Shown here: piece by piece, positions 25,760 to 38,370 of the stretch
How the letters are laid out: each line of letters begins with the position of its first letter
How positions within the stretch are numbered: position 1 is the stretch's first letter
From: Takakia lepidozioides
Lineage: Eukaryota; Plantae; Bryophyta
Direction of reading: 5' to 3'
DNA: 64,000 nt
NCBI GenBank assembly: GCA_030704615.1
Contig: CM060734.1
Location: forward strand, 26,350,001 to 26,414,000
Position numbers and translations under genes: made by a program
The notes under the pieces: model-generated
What the model was told of the DNA's origin: nothing
The model's input: only the letters and a program-made list of their open reading frames with translations
The model's database searches: none

Positions 25760-26570
25760 ACCTCCCGGTGGTCGCACCTTTAAAAAAAAAAACAATTGTG
25801 TGACCACCAGTAGCGGTCGTCGCAATTGTTAAAATAAAAGAAAAATGTTGCGACCACCCCCCTGCTGGTAGTCGCACCTATTTACTGATTTACTGATTAC
25901 CCCTGTTGGTGGTCGCAGATTTTATTTATTTATTTATTATTATTATTATTTTGGGAAACACCTGGGAGCGATAGCTCACAAACCAGGCCCCTTAGTAGTG
26001 AGAGGAGAAAATAACCTCTTTCATTTATGCGCCAAGAGGCGTAGGAATGGGGCACCCACATACGAACCATACCACACCCATCAAGTAGCAAGATTTGACC
26101 CCAGAATCGTTCGGGTCGCACTCAGTGCACTTAACCAACTTAGCTACTGACTGTTGGTAGATATTAAAAAATCGGAAAATTATGCGACCACCCCCTTACG
26201 ACCACCCCCCTGCTGGTAGTCGCATCTATTAAAGAAAAGGAAAATAGTGCGACCACCAGCAGGTGGTGGTCGCACCTATTTGTTTTAAACAAAATTTCTG
26301 CGACCACCCCTCTGCTGGTGGTCGCGCCTATTAAAAAAAAAGAAAATTTCTGCGACCACCCCTCTGCTGGTGGTCGCGCCTATTAAAAAAAAAGAAAAAT
26401 TATGCGACCACCTCCCTGCTGATTTTTTATAAAAAAATCTGCGACCACCCCCTTGCTGGTGGTCGCACCCATTAAAAAAAATAAAAAAATCTGCGACCAC
26501 CCCCCTGTTGGTGGTCGCACATAATAAAGAAAAGAAAAAAAGATGCGACCACCCCTGCTGGCGGTCGCAG
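25760..26570. repeat. Array of GCGACCACC...GGTGGTCGC hairpins separated by A-tracts
   Basis: About a dozen copies, interrupted at ~25950-26170. Confidence 0.9.
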
Positions 26571-26626
26571 CTATTACTAGCGTGCACAATCATGTTGACA
26601 GCGCGCGCCCCGAGTGTGGAGGGGGG

Positions 26627-27732
26627 TGTCGCGCGGCTTTTACTCACCCATCCCTTCGCTATCCGAGGCGGAAACTCCAAGATAGAAGAGTTGGAAATCT
26701 CTAAGTACTCAGCCCGCGCAGAACAATCAGTCATGACCTACAGCTAGTGTATCATGGGGGTGTTTCCTATTTGTTTCCTTTTCCGCATTCATCTTAGCTA
26801 CCTTACCATTGATAATTAAGTATCAGTTTGCTTCATCAATTTATCGGTTTCCTTCACTCCTCCATTCAATCCACAGCTTCACTCAGATCTCTCTACACAT
26901 TGTGATTGTATCGTATAAGTATCAGATTATGATTTATCAGGTATCAGGCCGAAGCCATTGTGTCTCTATTCTCCTCTACAATATCCCTACAGCTTTGCAT
27001 ATAACAAGCATCTACTAATCCTTTTTCCTCCTTCATCGTGCTCACCGACTTCCGCTCCCGTCTCACTCCGAAATCCTCCTCCCCTAATCATAATCCCTTC
27101 TTCATTCCCCGTTTCTCCCTTTATCCTCCTATCCGCGGTTCTAACCGTTTCCCTCTCTAACCGTCGTATGTGAATTAACATGTTCCCTTCACAGGTGTTG
27201 TTCCCCACAGTCGTTCCCTGTCCTACTCTTCGTTCCCTATTATCGTGACAGCTGTGTCAAGCGGTGACTGGCTGTGTTTGGCTGTGTCGGGCTGTGACTG
27301 GCTGTGTGGCTGTGCCGGGCTGTGACTGGCTGTGTGGGCTGTGTCTGCTGTGACGACTGTGACGGGCTGTGTGGGCTGTGTGGGTTGTGACGACTGTGAC
27401 GGGCTGTGTGGGCTGTGACGGCTGTGTGGGCTGTGTCGGCTGTGTGGGCTGTGTGGGCTGTGACGACTGTGACGGGCTGTGTGGGCTGTGTGGGCTGTGT
27501 GGGCTGTGACGACTGTGACGGGCTGTGTGGGCTGTGTGGGCTGTGACGACTGTGACGGGCTGTGTTGGCTGTGTGGGCTGTGACTGCTGTGTCGGCTGTG
27601 TGGGCTATGTAACCCCCCTCTACAGTGCGCTGCTGTCACCCCTAAGGTTCCTGTTTGTCTCAGTCTGTGCAAAAATTAAGGGTACCCTACAGATCCCGTA
27701 TAAGTGTCTAAGTCCCCTACAGTCCTCTAACA
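26627..27732 (-). repeat. 3' LTR of element B (1106 bp)
   Basis: TGTTAGAGGACTG...CGCGACA, matches 38978-40003. Confidence 0.95.
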
Positions 27733-27736
27733 TTTA

Positions 27737-27749
27737 CCCCTTCCCCCTC
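27737..27749 (-). other. Polypurine tract GAGGGGGAAGGGG
   Basis: 4 nt upstream of the 3' LTR TG. Confidence 0.9.
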
Positions 27750-27770
27750 AAAAAGCCGTGTCCTCACGGT

Positions 27771-30700
27771 TTACTGTTTCTGAGTAGCAACCCTTTGTGA
27801 GTGAGCACCTTGTTGACGTTGAGAGTTTCGTGGCGGGCTGTGTGTACGAGCCCGAGGTCTGTCTCTGGTTGACGGAGATGGTTGATCATTACCTGGATAA
27901 GTGAGGCCTTCTGGAGGCTGATATCGAGGTAATCTTTCCGGCATAGGAGATCCCCTTTGTTTCTTCTCTTCCATCTGAATTGCATAGTCTTCTCCCATGT
28001 CAAAAGAATTCTGTGAAGAAACAGTTGTATCAGAATCCTCATCGCCTCTCAGGTGTTTTAATTTTCGAACTTTTTGTGGAATCATCTGGGGCATACAATG
28101 CTGTCCTACCATGTCTGGAAGTTTGCATTTTACAACCTGGTGTAACCGTTGAACAGCAAAATTGGTGTAGACACTGAGCTCCTTGTCTGTCCAGATGAGT
28201 GGGGTACCAATTACTGGTGCAGCGTGCAAGTATTTCCATGCGATATGTCCCTTATAGAAAATGTCATCAAGTCCGAATTTCTGTGTTGACAAATTGTTGC
28301 AGGCTGCTTGAAACCATGAACGAATTTGAGAATCCTTCTGTATCATAACTTTTGGGTCATATAGGTACATATGAGGTGGCACCGAAGGTAATACCCAATG
28401 ATCTCCACTGGAGTAACTTTGAAAGCGTGCTTGCATCTTTTGTTGCTCAATGTGGTAACGTATCAGAAAACAAGCAGCGTAGTATAGCCCGCACCCCATG
28501 ACAATACTTGCTATCTCCTTGGTCTTGGTATAAATGAGTCCATGTACAACCTGGAAAGCAACCAATTCCCTCAACATGGTACCTGCCTCGTGCCAGTATT
28601 GTGCAAAGTGATGATCTTCAATATGTCGATTGTTTGGAAGAACTTTAGTCCTGGTTGCCACTGGCAGCCAAATACGCATGATTTGGTAGTAATGTGCGAA
28701 TGACTGCGGAGGACTAAATTCTTTCCAAGCCAAATCCAACATGATGGGAATTTGGTTGAAGGGCATAATCATAGCCCTACTGTACTCCCTGGCAGCTGGA
28801 GTTTTAGGTGGGTTAAAAGCTGCATTGCCCCATACCTCCGGCTGTGGTGGCTGTGGTGTGGTTGTAGTAACCACAGGTTCAGCTACTGGTACACTGACCT
28901 GTTGTGGTGGTGGTGGTACTGGTTCCTGTACCATTGGCATCTCCTGCACCTCCTGTGAAGACTGAAAAGCCAGAGTTCTGGCTTGCAAATAAGAAGCCAT
29001 TAGCTGTTCCTGAGGGATATAGACTCTTTGGTCGATGTTTGAAGTGAGGTCTTCCACTTGAGTCTGGAGTCCGTCTACATCCTCTTGTAACTCTGCTATC
29101 CTACTATAGACATTGTCTATAGTAGTTGTGGCAATGTTCTGCACCTGCAGTCTGAGCTCATTCATCTCGCTTTGGGTGAGCTTCCGTGGGCTTTTGCCCT
29201 CTACTGGCCCTTGTGCTAACCAGACCTGCATAAGGCTGTTATCCACCAAGCTGCTTGTGGTTCCCCTGAGAGTTTGCTCTTCTCTTAGCTTGTACAATTC
29301 CAACTGCTGTTGTAAAGCCTCCATGCGCTTCGCCTGTGGCTCAACCAATTGCGCATAGGCAGCAAGTAGATTATTGGCTTCCTTCGAAGCCTTGTTACTG
29401 ACCGCGATTTCATTTCTATTGGCCACGATGGTTTGTTGCAACTCCACGATGTATTTCTCTTGCTCAGCTTCCATCTGCCTGTATTGCTTGAAAGTATCTT
29501 CATTGCGACAGATTGTATTCTTCATATCGACAATGAGCTTCATGTGCTCCACATTCTCTTCTTCTGCCTTCGTACATTTTTCCGCTTGACTGTTTATTTC
29601 TTTTGTTGATTGGTCAAGCATAGTTGTAAATGTAGCGCATTGTATCGCCATCCTGTTATGCACTGTCTGCAACTCCGTATGTAGTGCATTCAGTTCTTGC
29701 AACTTGCTTTCATGCTGCACCTGCATTTGATATAGCTGTTGCTTATGTGCTTCGTGCAACTGGTCTTGCGCGAGGCCTGCCTCAATCAATTGTTGCTTGG
29801 CCAATTGCAAAGCCATTTCTGTATTGGCCAAGTCCTGCTTCATCTTGAGAGTGACCTCTTCATCGACCTTGTTTGCACACTCAGTGGCAAGTCGAGCCTC
29901 AAACTCCTTCCTGAGTTCTTCTTTCAAGGCTGTCAATTGGGTAATTGGAACATGGGTTTTGACATAAGTCCCCAACAAATTAAGTGTCCTGCCTATGGAA
30001 CTCATCAGCATTGCCTGTTGAGGGTCATCATGGTGAGGTTGCTGCTGTTCCTCCTGATCTTCAACAGTATGATGTCTCACTAACCATTCAGACCATTGTC
30101 CCACCGGATTTTCTTCCTGAACTACTTCATTTATGACCGGTGCTACAGTGTCATGGCCTTCCGCCTGTGGTACCTCCGACACAGGTGTGTGCATTATATG
30201 TACCTCAGGATTTCTCTTGGGCAACTGTTGCACCTCTGGGATTTCTGTCTGCTTGACCAGACCAGAATATTCATAGAGAAGGTCCCCTTTCTCTATTTCT
30301 GCCACTATCTGTTCTGTAGTTGGAATATCTATCCCTTCACTTTCCAAATCAATTATTTCGGGTTGAGCTGCATGGATAACTTGTGACCTTGTGACAAGTC
30401 GTTCAAGTGGCTGTGTTGGTTGTGATGCAGAAGTAACTTCTTCCTCCCTCTCTGAAGGTCCTGCTTCCAGTAATAACATTCTTTTGTGCTGCTGTGCCCC
30501 TTCCTGGTCATGAGCTTGGGAAACATTATCATGCGGAATCCGTGAAGCCAGTGGATCCGCCACTACAGTCTTTCCCCTTCTCTGCCTCTTAGTCTCGGGT
30601 TGTGCTGCTAGTCCACCCTCACTGTGTGAAGAGCCTTGCTCTTCCATTGCAGTTGTTTCTGGCTCAAACACTCCCATTTCCTTCCTTTCTTGTGCATTAA

Positions 30701-31952
30701 GTATGCCAGAATTAAGGATTATTTGAGCAATGATTGGGCCAGACACTATGATAGGAGATTTTGCGGTAGTACCTTGTAATCTTTTCATCTCCTCTACCAG
30801 TGCGTTGTACATTATGTCCGCCCATTGTACCTCTTGTCCCTTCAAGCCTTTGAGGATTTCCTCTGTGAAGGATCTGCTCAAATATTGTTGGTTCTGTTTC
30901 AGGGCAATCAGAACGTTCAATACTTGGCCTATGTCTTTTAACCCTGGGTACACAGCTTTGGTACAAGCATAACCCTGAGTTTTAAAGAAACTCCCTTCTT
31001 GGAATAAATCCCCTATTTGCAGTCTTTCCCTGTGTTCCTCCACATACACATGACCTGCTGGCAATCGAAACAATTGCTGGAGGTATAGGGGAGTAATCAT
31101 TAATTCAACTCCCTTCACCGTTGTTGTTCCTGTCTTTGGCTCAAAGTTCTGCAAAAATTGTAACATGTACTGTCTATGGTGTAGTGTCCAATCCATGCTT
31201 TGCAATCCTTCCAATCTCAGCTCCTTCAGTATCTTTATCGCCTGTGGGGTAGCCATCGTTTGTTTCTGCAGAATTGTGGTGCTCTTCACCCTGATTTCCT
31301 CCATTCCTCTCACTCTCTTCATCTTAGACTCACAGAACTGCTTTGGCTGTAACAACTGCAGGAATGCCTGTAGTGCACAAAGCAGAAACGTATGGTTGCC
31401 GCAGAAAGCTATGGGTAATCTCTTGTAAGCCTGCGGGGCTTGCAAGCATTGTTCAAGAGAAAAGCTCTGCTCTTTCGTTTCGTGTCTCTGCCATTGCGTA
31501 AGTAATATTGCGAGCGTATAGTCTGTTAGTTCCTCCATAGTTTCCAAGTTATAGCATTTATGGCCTGTCCTGTCGAGACGCCCGTTACTCAGAACGACGC
31601 CGCCTCTTGCGCTCAATTTCCCTCCATTTTCTTGATCATTTCTCTGGTTTTCTATTGGCTGTATCCGCTGTGACTGGATTTTAACTTTTATCTTCTTTAG
31701 TGGACTTTCCCTGTTGGATAGTCCACTAGGATCACACATGCGACATGAATTCAGTTTTTCTGTACTTGCCGTTCGTTCTGTTTCCCTTTTTCCGTATTCA
31801 TTAATGGGCCCGCCTTTCATCCCATTTGACGGCCGTTCTTTCCTCTTTCTTTTTGACACCTGTCCTTGCACTTCATTCTCTGCTGTGTGTCGCACCCTGA
31901 CCTCCACGTGTCTATTTTTAAAGTAATTTCCGTTTCCTCTTCCGTCATCCAT
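27771..31952 (-). CDS. 1393-aa retrotransposon extra ORF: plant-transposon-protein-like domain, coiled coil, conserved aromatic C-terminal domain
   Basis: Uninterrupted ORF between integrase and PPT. QFLQNF...VKGVELMITPLYLQQLFRLP...VQWADIMY segment. Long Q/E/K/L heptad region. True start uncertain. Confidence 0.85.
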   Translation of the reverse strand: MDDGRGNGNYFKNRHVEVRVRHTAENEVQGQVSKRKRKERPSNGMKGGPINEYGKRETERTASTEKLNSCRMCDPSGLSNRESPLKKIKVKIQSQRIQPIENQRNDQENGGKLSARGGVVLSNGRLDRTGHKCYNLETMEELTDYTLAILLTQWQRHETKEQSFSLEQCLQAPQAYKRLPIAFCGNHTFLLCALQAFLQLLQPKQFCESKMKRVRGMEEIRVKSTTILQKQTMATPQAIKILKELRLEGLQSMDWTLHHRQYMLQFLQNFEPKTGTTTVKGVELMITPLYLQQLFRLPAGHVYVEEHRERLQIGDLFQEGSFFKTQGYACTKAVYPGLKDIGQVLNVLIALKQNQQYLSRSFTEEILKGLKGQEVQWADIMYNALVEEMKRLQGTTAKSPIIVSGPIIAQIILNSGILNAQERKEMGVFEPETTAMEEQGSSHSEGGLAAQPETKRQRRGKTVVADPLASRIPHDNVSQAHDQEGAQQHKRMLLLEAGPSEREEEVTSASQPTQPLERLVTRSQVIHAAQPEIIDLESEGIDIPTTEQIVAEIEKGDLLYEYSGLVKQTEIPEVQQLPKRNPEVHIMHTPVSEVPQAEGHDTVAPVINEVVQEENPVGQWSEWLVRHHTVEDQEEQQQPHHDDPQQAMLMSSIGRTLNLLGTYVKTHVPITQLTALKEELRKEFEARLATECANKVDEEVTLKMKQDLANTEMALQLAKQQLIEAGLAQDQLHEAHKQQLYQMQVQHESKLQELNALHTELQTVHNRMAIQCATFTTMLDQSTKEINSQAEKCTKAEEENVEHMKLIVDMKNTICRNEDTFKQYRQMEAEQEKYIVELQQTIVANRNEIAVSNKASKEANNLLAAYAQLVEPQAKRMEALQQQLELYKLREEQTLRGTTSSLVDNSLMQVWLAQGPVEGKSPRKLTQSEMNELRLQVQNIATTTIDNVYSRIAELQEDVDGLQTQVEDLTSNIDQRVYIPQEQLMASYLQARTLAFQSSQEVQEMPMVQEPVPPPPQQVSVPVAEPVVTTTTPQPPQPEVWGNAAFNPPKTPAAREYSRAMIMPFNQIPIMLDLAWKEFSPPQSFAHYYQIMRIWLPVATRTKVLPNNRHIEDHHFAQYWHEAGTMLRELVAFQVVHGLIYTKTKEIASIVMGCGLYYAACFLIRYHIEQQKMQARFQSYSSGDHWVLPSVPPHMYLYDPKVMIQKDSQIRSWFQAACNNLSTQKFGLDDIFYKGHIAWKYLHAAPVIGTPLIWTDKELSVYTNFAVQRLHQVVKCKLPDMVGQHCMPQMIPQKVRKLKHLRGDEDSDTTVSSQNSFDMGEDYAIQMEEKKQRGSPMPERLPRYQPPEGLTYPGNDQPSPSTRDRPRARTHSPPRNSQRQQGAHSQRVATQKQ

Positions 31953-32299
31953 TTTCCTGAAGTTATTATGTGTCCACTTGTCACTGATTCTATGGATGGT
32001 GTAACTTTAGTAGGCTGTGTTGAGCTGTGACAGGCTGTGTCATACTGTGTTACGCTGTGATAGGCTGTGTTGCACTGTGGTAAGCTGTGATAGGCTGTGA
32101 CACGCTGCGGTAGGTTGTGATAGGCTGTGTTGCACTGTGGTAAGCTGTGATAGGCTGTGACACGCTGCTGTGATATGTGTCACGTCGTGATGGGCTGTGT
32201 AAGGCTGTGGTGTGCTGTGTGTGATGGGCTGTGATAGGCTGTGGTGATGGGCTGTGATAGGCTGTGTCACGTTTGTTTTGCCCACCCGGTCATATATAC

Positions 32300-35200
32300 T
32301 GGGCCTAGCGACAAGTGTTCCATACTCCGTTCGTAACACTGGTGCAGCCCGTGACTGCTCTTGCGGTTCAACATGCAAATCATGCTGCAGGGGTTTGTCA
32401 TGGATACCACTGTACCCCTTCAACTTATTTGCATTGACTTCCCAGCATTTCTTTAATGGTTTGTAACATGGCTGTGTTGTTATCATACATCTTTTGTATG
32501 ACATAAGGTCCTTTCCATGGTGATTTAAGCTTAGAAGCTTGAATCTTTCCTTTCTTCTGCAACCATAGAACCAAATCCCCGTCTTAAAAGTCTTTAACTT
32601 GCCTTCATCAAACTGTTCCTTTCGCTTCATCTGAATTCTGGTCATATTATCAGCTGCATCAGCACGTACTTCTTCCACATGGTATAATTCATGTTTCCTG
32701 ACCTTGATGGAGTCTTGCAATTCCATTCTTTTTCCGTTCTCAGGTAACAGGAATTCCACTGGAAGTAAGGCTTCCATACCATAAACTAATTGGAATGGTG
32801 TATACTTAGTGGTGACTTTATATGAAGTCCTGTATGACCACAAAGCTGTCAGCAGCTTTGTATCCCAATCCGTTCTGTTTGCATTGACTATCTTAGCCAA
32901 GATAGTACATAGTATTTTGTTGGTAGCCTCTGCCTCCATTAGGGTAATATGTTGTACTCTTTCTATGCACAATCATAAACTCTTTAGTCAATAACTCAAT
33001 GGTCTCATTCATGAAGTGACTTCCTTGATCACTGATAAATTCTAAGGGACATCCAAATCGTGTAAGTATGTTCTCGTACAGGAACCTTGCTGTGGACTTG
33101 GCTGTGTTGTCCCTCAAAGCTTTAGCTTCCACCCACTTTGTAGTATAATCAGTGGCTGTAATTATGTACCTGTTTCGTGTATTCTTGGATGGTGGATTAA
33201 TTGGTCCAACAAAGTCTAGTCCCCATTTCTGAAATGGTTCCGTAGGCATTGTAGGATGCAAGGCCATTCTTCCAGATCTCTGCAAAGGTCCTAGCCTCTG
33301 ACATTCATCACACTTCTGACAATACTCATGTACATCTTTGAACAAAGTAGGCCACCAGTATCCTGCGAGTAGTATCTTTCTACTGGTAGTCTCTTCTCCA
33401 AAATGACCTCCAGCCACTCCTTTATGAACTTCCTCCAAGACTTTATTTACTTCATGGTGGTACAAGCATCGTTTTAGTACCCATCAGGTCCTAACTTATA
33501 CATTCTGCTTCCTACCATAGTATAAGGTAAAGCTTTGATAGCAATTCTCTTCCTCTGCTCCTTACCATAACTAGGTGGGCACTGACCATGAGCAAGGTAG
33601 TATCTGATTGGCCACTGCCAATCTAACCATTCATCTGCACTTCCTTGCACCTCCATTACAAATAAACTCGCATCAGGTAACTGATCGTCCACTCCTGTGG
33701 CGGCCTCTCCTGTTGTTAGTCGTGACAAATGATCTGCCACAAGATGCAAACGGCCAGGCTTGTAAATAACCTCGAACTCAAACTCATGCAAGATTATTAA
33801 CCACCTCGCTATCCTTCCACTTATCAAAGGTTTGTTCACCAGATATATCAGAGCCTGGTGATCCACATAAAACATAAACTTTCTTCCCAATAGGTAATGC
33901 CTGAATTTCTTCACTGCATAGATCATTGCCAATGCTTCTCTTTCCGTTGTGCTATTCCTCTCAGCACTGTTCATCAACCGGCTAGCATAGTACACAGGTG
34001 AATCTATATTCCCTGTAACATTCTGGGCTAACACCGCTCCCAACGCTTCTCCTGATGCATCGCAGTGAACATGAAATACTACATGCCAGTGAGGGTTAAT
34101 CAGCACAGGTGTAGTTGTTACTGACAGTGTAAGTTCCTCAAACGCCTGTTGACATTCAGCTGTCCATGCAAACACTGCATCTTTCTTCAGAAGCTTGCTC
34201 AATGGTGCTGCTATTTGTGCATACCTTTTGACAAATCTTCTGTAATAACTGGTTTGCCCAAGGAATCTCCTTAAACTCTTAACATTCACTGGTGGTGGAG
34301 AGGCTTTAATGGACTCTGTCTTCCTGGGATCCACAAGGAGTCCCTTCTTACACACAATGTGTCCCAGAAGCACCCCTGAGTTCACACAGAAAGTACACTT
34401 CTCTGGATTCAAGCCCAGACCTCTCATCCTGCATCTGGCCAGGCATAACTCCAATTTATGCAAGTGCTCATTCTTAGAGCTGTACACACTGAAATCATCC
34501 AAAACACCTGCATGAAATCATCCAGATACTCATGAAAAGATTCACTTATCACTCTCTGAAAGGTCGCTGGTGCATTACAAAGTCCAAAGGGCATGACTTT
34601 GTATGCATAAGCCCCCCAGTCTGTGATGAAAGCTGTTTTCCCTTGGTCTTCTTCTGCCACTTGCACTTGATTATAACCACTGAAGCCATCCATGAATGAG
34701 TACATCTCATGGCCTGCCACAGTGTCTAATACTGCTTCTGTGAATGGCAAAGGGAAAGGATCTTTCTTCGTACAAGCATTCAGCTTCTTATAGTTCACAC
34801 ATACTCTTAGTTTGCCATTCTTCTTGGGAACTATAACAATGGGTGACAACCAAGTTGTATACTCTATTGGGTATATAAACTTAGCCTCAGCCAACTTCTT
34901 TATCTCTTCTCCAACCTTCTGTGCGTAGTTGGGATTCATTCTATACCTCGCCTGCTTGATTGGTACTGACCCTGGTTCCAGTTCAATTTTATGCTGACAG
35001 ACTTCAGGTGGTATCCCTTTTAGATCCTCATAGCTCCAAGCAAATACATCTCTGTATTTGATGAACAAGCTTTTAGCTTCTTCGAAGAATTCCGGCTCCA
35101 AATCAGCTCCTACTTTCACCATCCTCGGTTCCTCCTGAGTTCCACATTTACTTCTCTCACCTGCTCATCAGCTGTGATTGTCCAACCAGTCACCACTTCA

Positions 35201-38200
35201 TCCTGTAAGCTCACAGTGGCTGGTTCTTCTAGGATTTCTATTTCTCCTTCTCTTTCTTCATAGAAATGTGATGGGTAAATGCTGGTTTCCTCTTCAGTTG
35301 GTGTTGCTGTCACTACACCACAGCAGATACCTCTCAAACAACTTAGGCTTTCCAGCCGCATCTCTGCAACCTGCTCCCACTCTGGGTGTGCAGCAAATAG
35401 GGTAGCTTCCTGCTCCTCATCCAGTCCTCCCCTCCAGTCATACTCTCTGACTCCTCGAGGTCTTCTTGTAGCAGGTAATCTACTAGATTTCTTTGTGGTA
35501 ATTTGTATCTCGTGCATCCCATTATGCACAGTTAGTAACTGAGAATTCCAGTCATGGAATACCCTGGCCTGTTTCAGCCACGGACGTCCCAATAATAAGG
35601 AGTAAGCCTCCATGACTTCATCCATTTTTAATACAGTTACTGTGATCATAAAGATCATTTTCTGTATCTGTATCTTAACTCCTCTTATTAATCCCAATGG
35701 CTGTACACTTCTTTGATCTGCCATTGTTACTGTAAATGGGGCTGGTTTCATGTTACTTAGACCAAGCTTCTTCCTTAATTGGTCTGTCATGATATTTACT
35801 CCAGAACCACCATCTATCAGTACATCAGTTAGTTCTGTGCTTCCAATTCTCAATTGGATTACTGGCATAGAATCATCAAAGTCCATGACTGGTTCTCGCC
35901 CTTCCGGCTTCACATTATAACTGGTCACCTTGCTGTTCAGGTCTGTGTTTCCTGTCTCTTGGGCAATTCGATTGATTGCTGATACAGCCTGTGCCTACAA
36001 TAAGGTGCCACAGCTAATAGCTGTCCAATGGTAATTTCTGCTTTGGTCTGACATATTACTTCAGCCAAAGTCTCTTCATTACTTTGCATGTCTGCATCTT
36101 CTTTTTTCCTTTCTTCCTCACTCCCTCTTTTTCTCCATCCGAATCAGAGGAATCTGCCACAGGAATATCAGTACTCTTTTGCATTTCCCTTATAGTATCT
36201 GCCACTTCCTTGTGCAGTTCCTTCTCATCTTTCCAAGTCTCTTCATCTTCAGGCATATCATTGCCACTTCCAGTCTCATCTTCTTCCTCTTCTACTGGAG
36301 GTATTAGTTTGGCTTTACTTCTTGTTACTATCATTGTACTTACTTCTGGTACAAACACATGGCCTAACCATGTGAGCTGCCACCACTGGGCCCTCATTCA
36401 CAGGAGCTCTCATCTCATTCTGGTGTCTTATCCAGAATGAACAGGCTGCCTTGCGATGTCCTGGCTGATTACAATAGTAACATAGCTCTTCACCATTGGG
36501 TCCTCGCCCTTGGTCTGTTCTTGGATTATTTCTATAATCCTGATTCCCGGGCTGGTAATTCCCCCTTGGATTACCCTGATAGTTGCCTCTGGAATTTCCT
36601 TGGTAATTCCCTCTTGAATTACCTCTCCCTTCCATGCCATTGTTATAACCACCAGACCTACCATAGTGGTCCTGATCATTGTTCTTCTTGGCTGGGGCTG
36701 CACCTGATGCACCCTTACTTGCCTAGGTTCTCTTGCAGCTGTCCTTCTGTTGTAGTAACAATTCTCAGTAGAATGGTTATCCATTTTACAGATAGTACAG
36801 TGTTTCTCCTTCATGTGGCATTCTGTGGTGGTATGGCCTTCATTCTGGCACTTTGCACACCATACACCCTTCCTCCAATGTGTTGCAGCCTCTGTGGCAT
36901 ACTTCTTCAAGATTTCTTCCAATCTTTTCTCATAGTTATCCCTCTTCAACTTTTCCTTTCTCTTACTCTTTCTTTTTAGTTCTTGCTCTTCTTCTTCATC
37001 TGACTCATCTCAGAGTCCTCATCTTCCTTTTTCTCTCTCCTGAGCATTCCCAATTGCTCAATTCTGTTTGCAGTTTCAAATGCCTCCTCCACTGTATTAT
37101 GGGGTAACATATCCACTTTCTTTGCAACTCTGGTCTTAGTCCACTCACAAACCAAGTCTTCTGTAAACCGGGTGCTGGTACTGCAGCCAGCTTTTTCATC
37201 ATCAATTCCATCTTCTCCATATACTCTTCAACAGTTTCATGCTTCTTCTGCTTCAGCTGTTGTAAACTTCCATACACTTCATCCTCAGTTTTACTTGTCC
37301 TGAACCTATTTCGAAATGCTGTATTCAAGCCATTCCAGGTTAGGAAATGATTATCAGGGAATCTTGCATACCATTCACTTGCTTTCTTGATAAGTGAACA
37401 AGGAAACAGTCTCATCTTGGCATCATCGCCATTCTCATTGTTCACTATACACATGTGCTCAAATTGGCTAATGTGTACATCGGGATCCCCTTTTCCTGAA
37501 TATATTGGAAAGGGTGGTTTTGCCCGTGTTGGTTGTAACGCCATCTGTGGCCCTACCTTCTGCCCACTGACAGGTGCTGGCACCCTTGCTGGTGCTGGTC
37601 CTTCTGGACCTGTTGTTTTTGTGGTGGATCTTCCACCAAGTGGTGGCCCTTGAGCACTCCCTGCTTCTGGCCCCACGATATTCACAGTATTCCCAGCTTC
37701 AGTTGCACTACTTCCCACACTCCCTGTCCCCCAGAGCCAGATCCAGGCAGCCCGCCTGATCCCCCTGAGCCGACACCTTCGTTGGCCTGTGATCCAAGTG
37801 CTCCACTTGATCCAGGTCCAACGGGTTGGGATGTCCTGGTTGTAGTCTCAACCTCAGCTGTTGGGTCTACTTCTTCATATTCTTCCTCTTCAATTTCTTC
37901 TCTCTGTTTTCATCCTCCAAGTTCTGCCCTTGGGTTCTTCTTCACTCATGTAACTCAACTGTAATGGTGTTGGAGAGTCTGAACTCTCCGTTGGCTCTGC
38001 CACATCCTCTCTCCTTCTTCATCTTCTGCTTCAGAAACTGGAGTTCCTGCTTTTGGTGTTCCATGCCAACTCTTATCAAAGATTTCTGTCAAGTCTTTTA
38101 TCCAAGGATGTACCTCAGATCTTTCACCTCGTGATTGATCTCTTCCTGTACCAATTCCCTTAATCTTTCTTGCAAAGAAACAGAAGGAGTGGCATCCAAC

Positions 38201-38370
38201 TCTAGTTCTTCCGGTATAGGTGATGCACTTTTTGATCTTGATGGTGTGAGAGGTCCAGATGATTCCCCTATGTCTATTCCTCTCTCCCAAAGATATGGAT
38301 AATTAGCTTTCAGATAGCTTTCTCTTTTTGATGAATATCTTTGTCGTCTAGCTTCTCTTTCATCACTCAT
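32300..38370 (-). pseudogene. gag-pol of element B (many 1-bp frameshifts, possibly consensus errors)
   Basis: gag, CCHC knuckles, protease [23 protein letters not shown], integrase. Confidence 0.93.

Noticed and set aside
26180-26570. GCGACCA resemblance between the hairpin array and the retroelement PBS
   Set aside because: Only 7 nt, and the following bases differ; likely chance.
27771-31952. env gene
   Set aside because: Position fits, but no evident signal peptide or transmembrane anchor.
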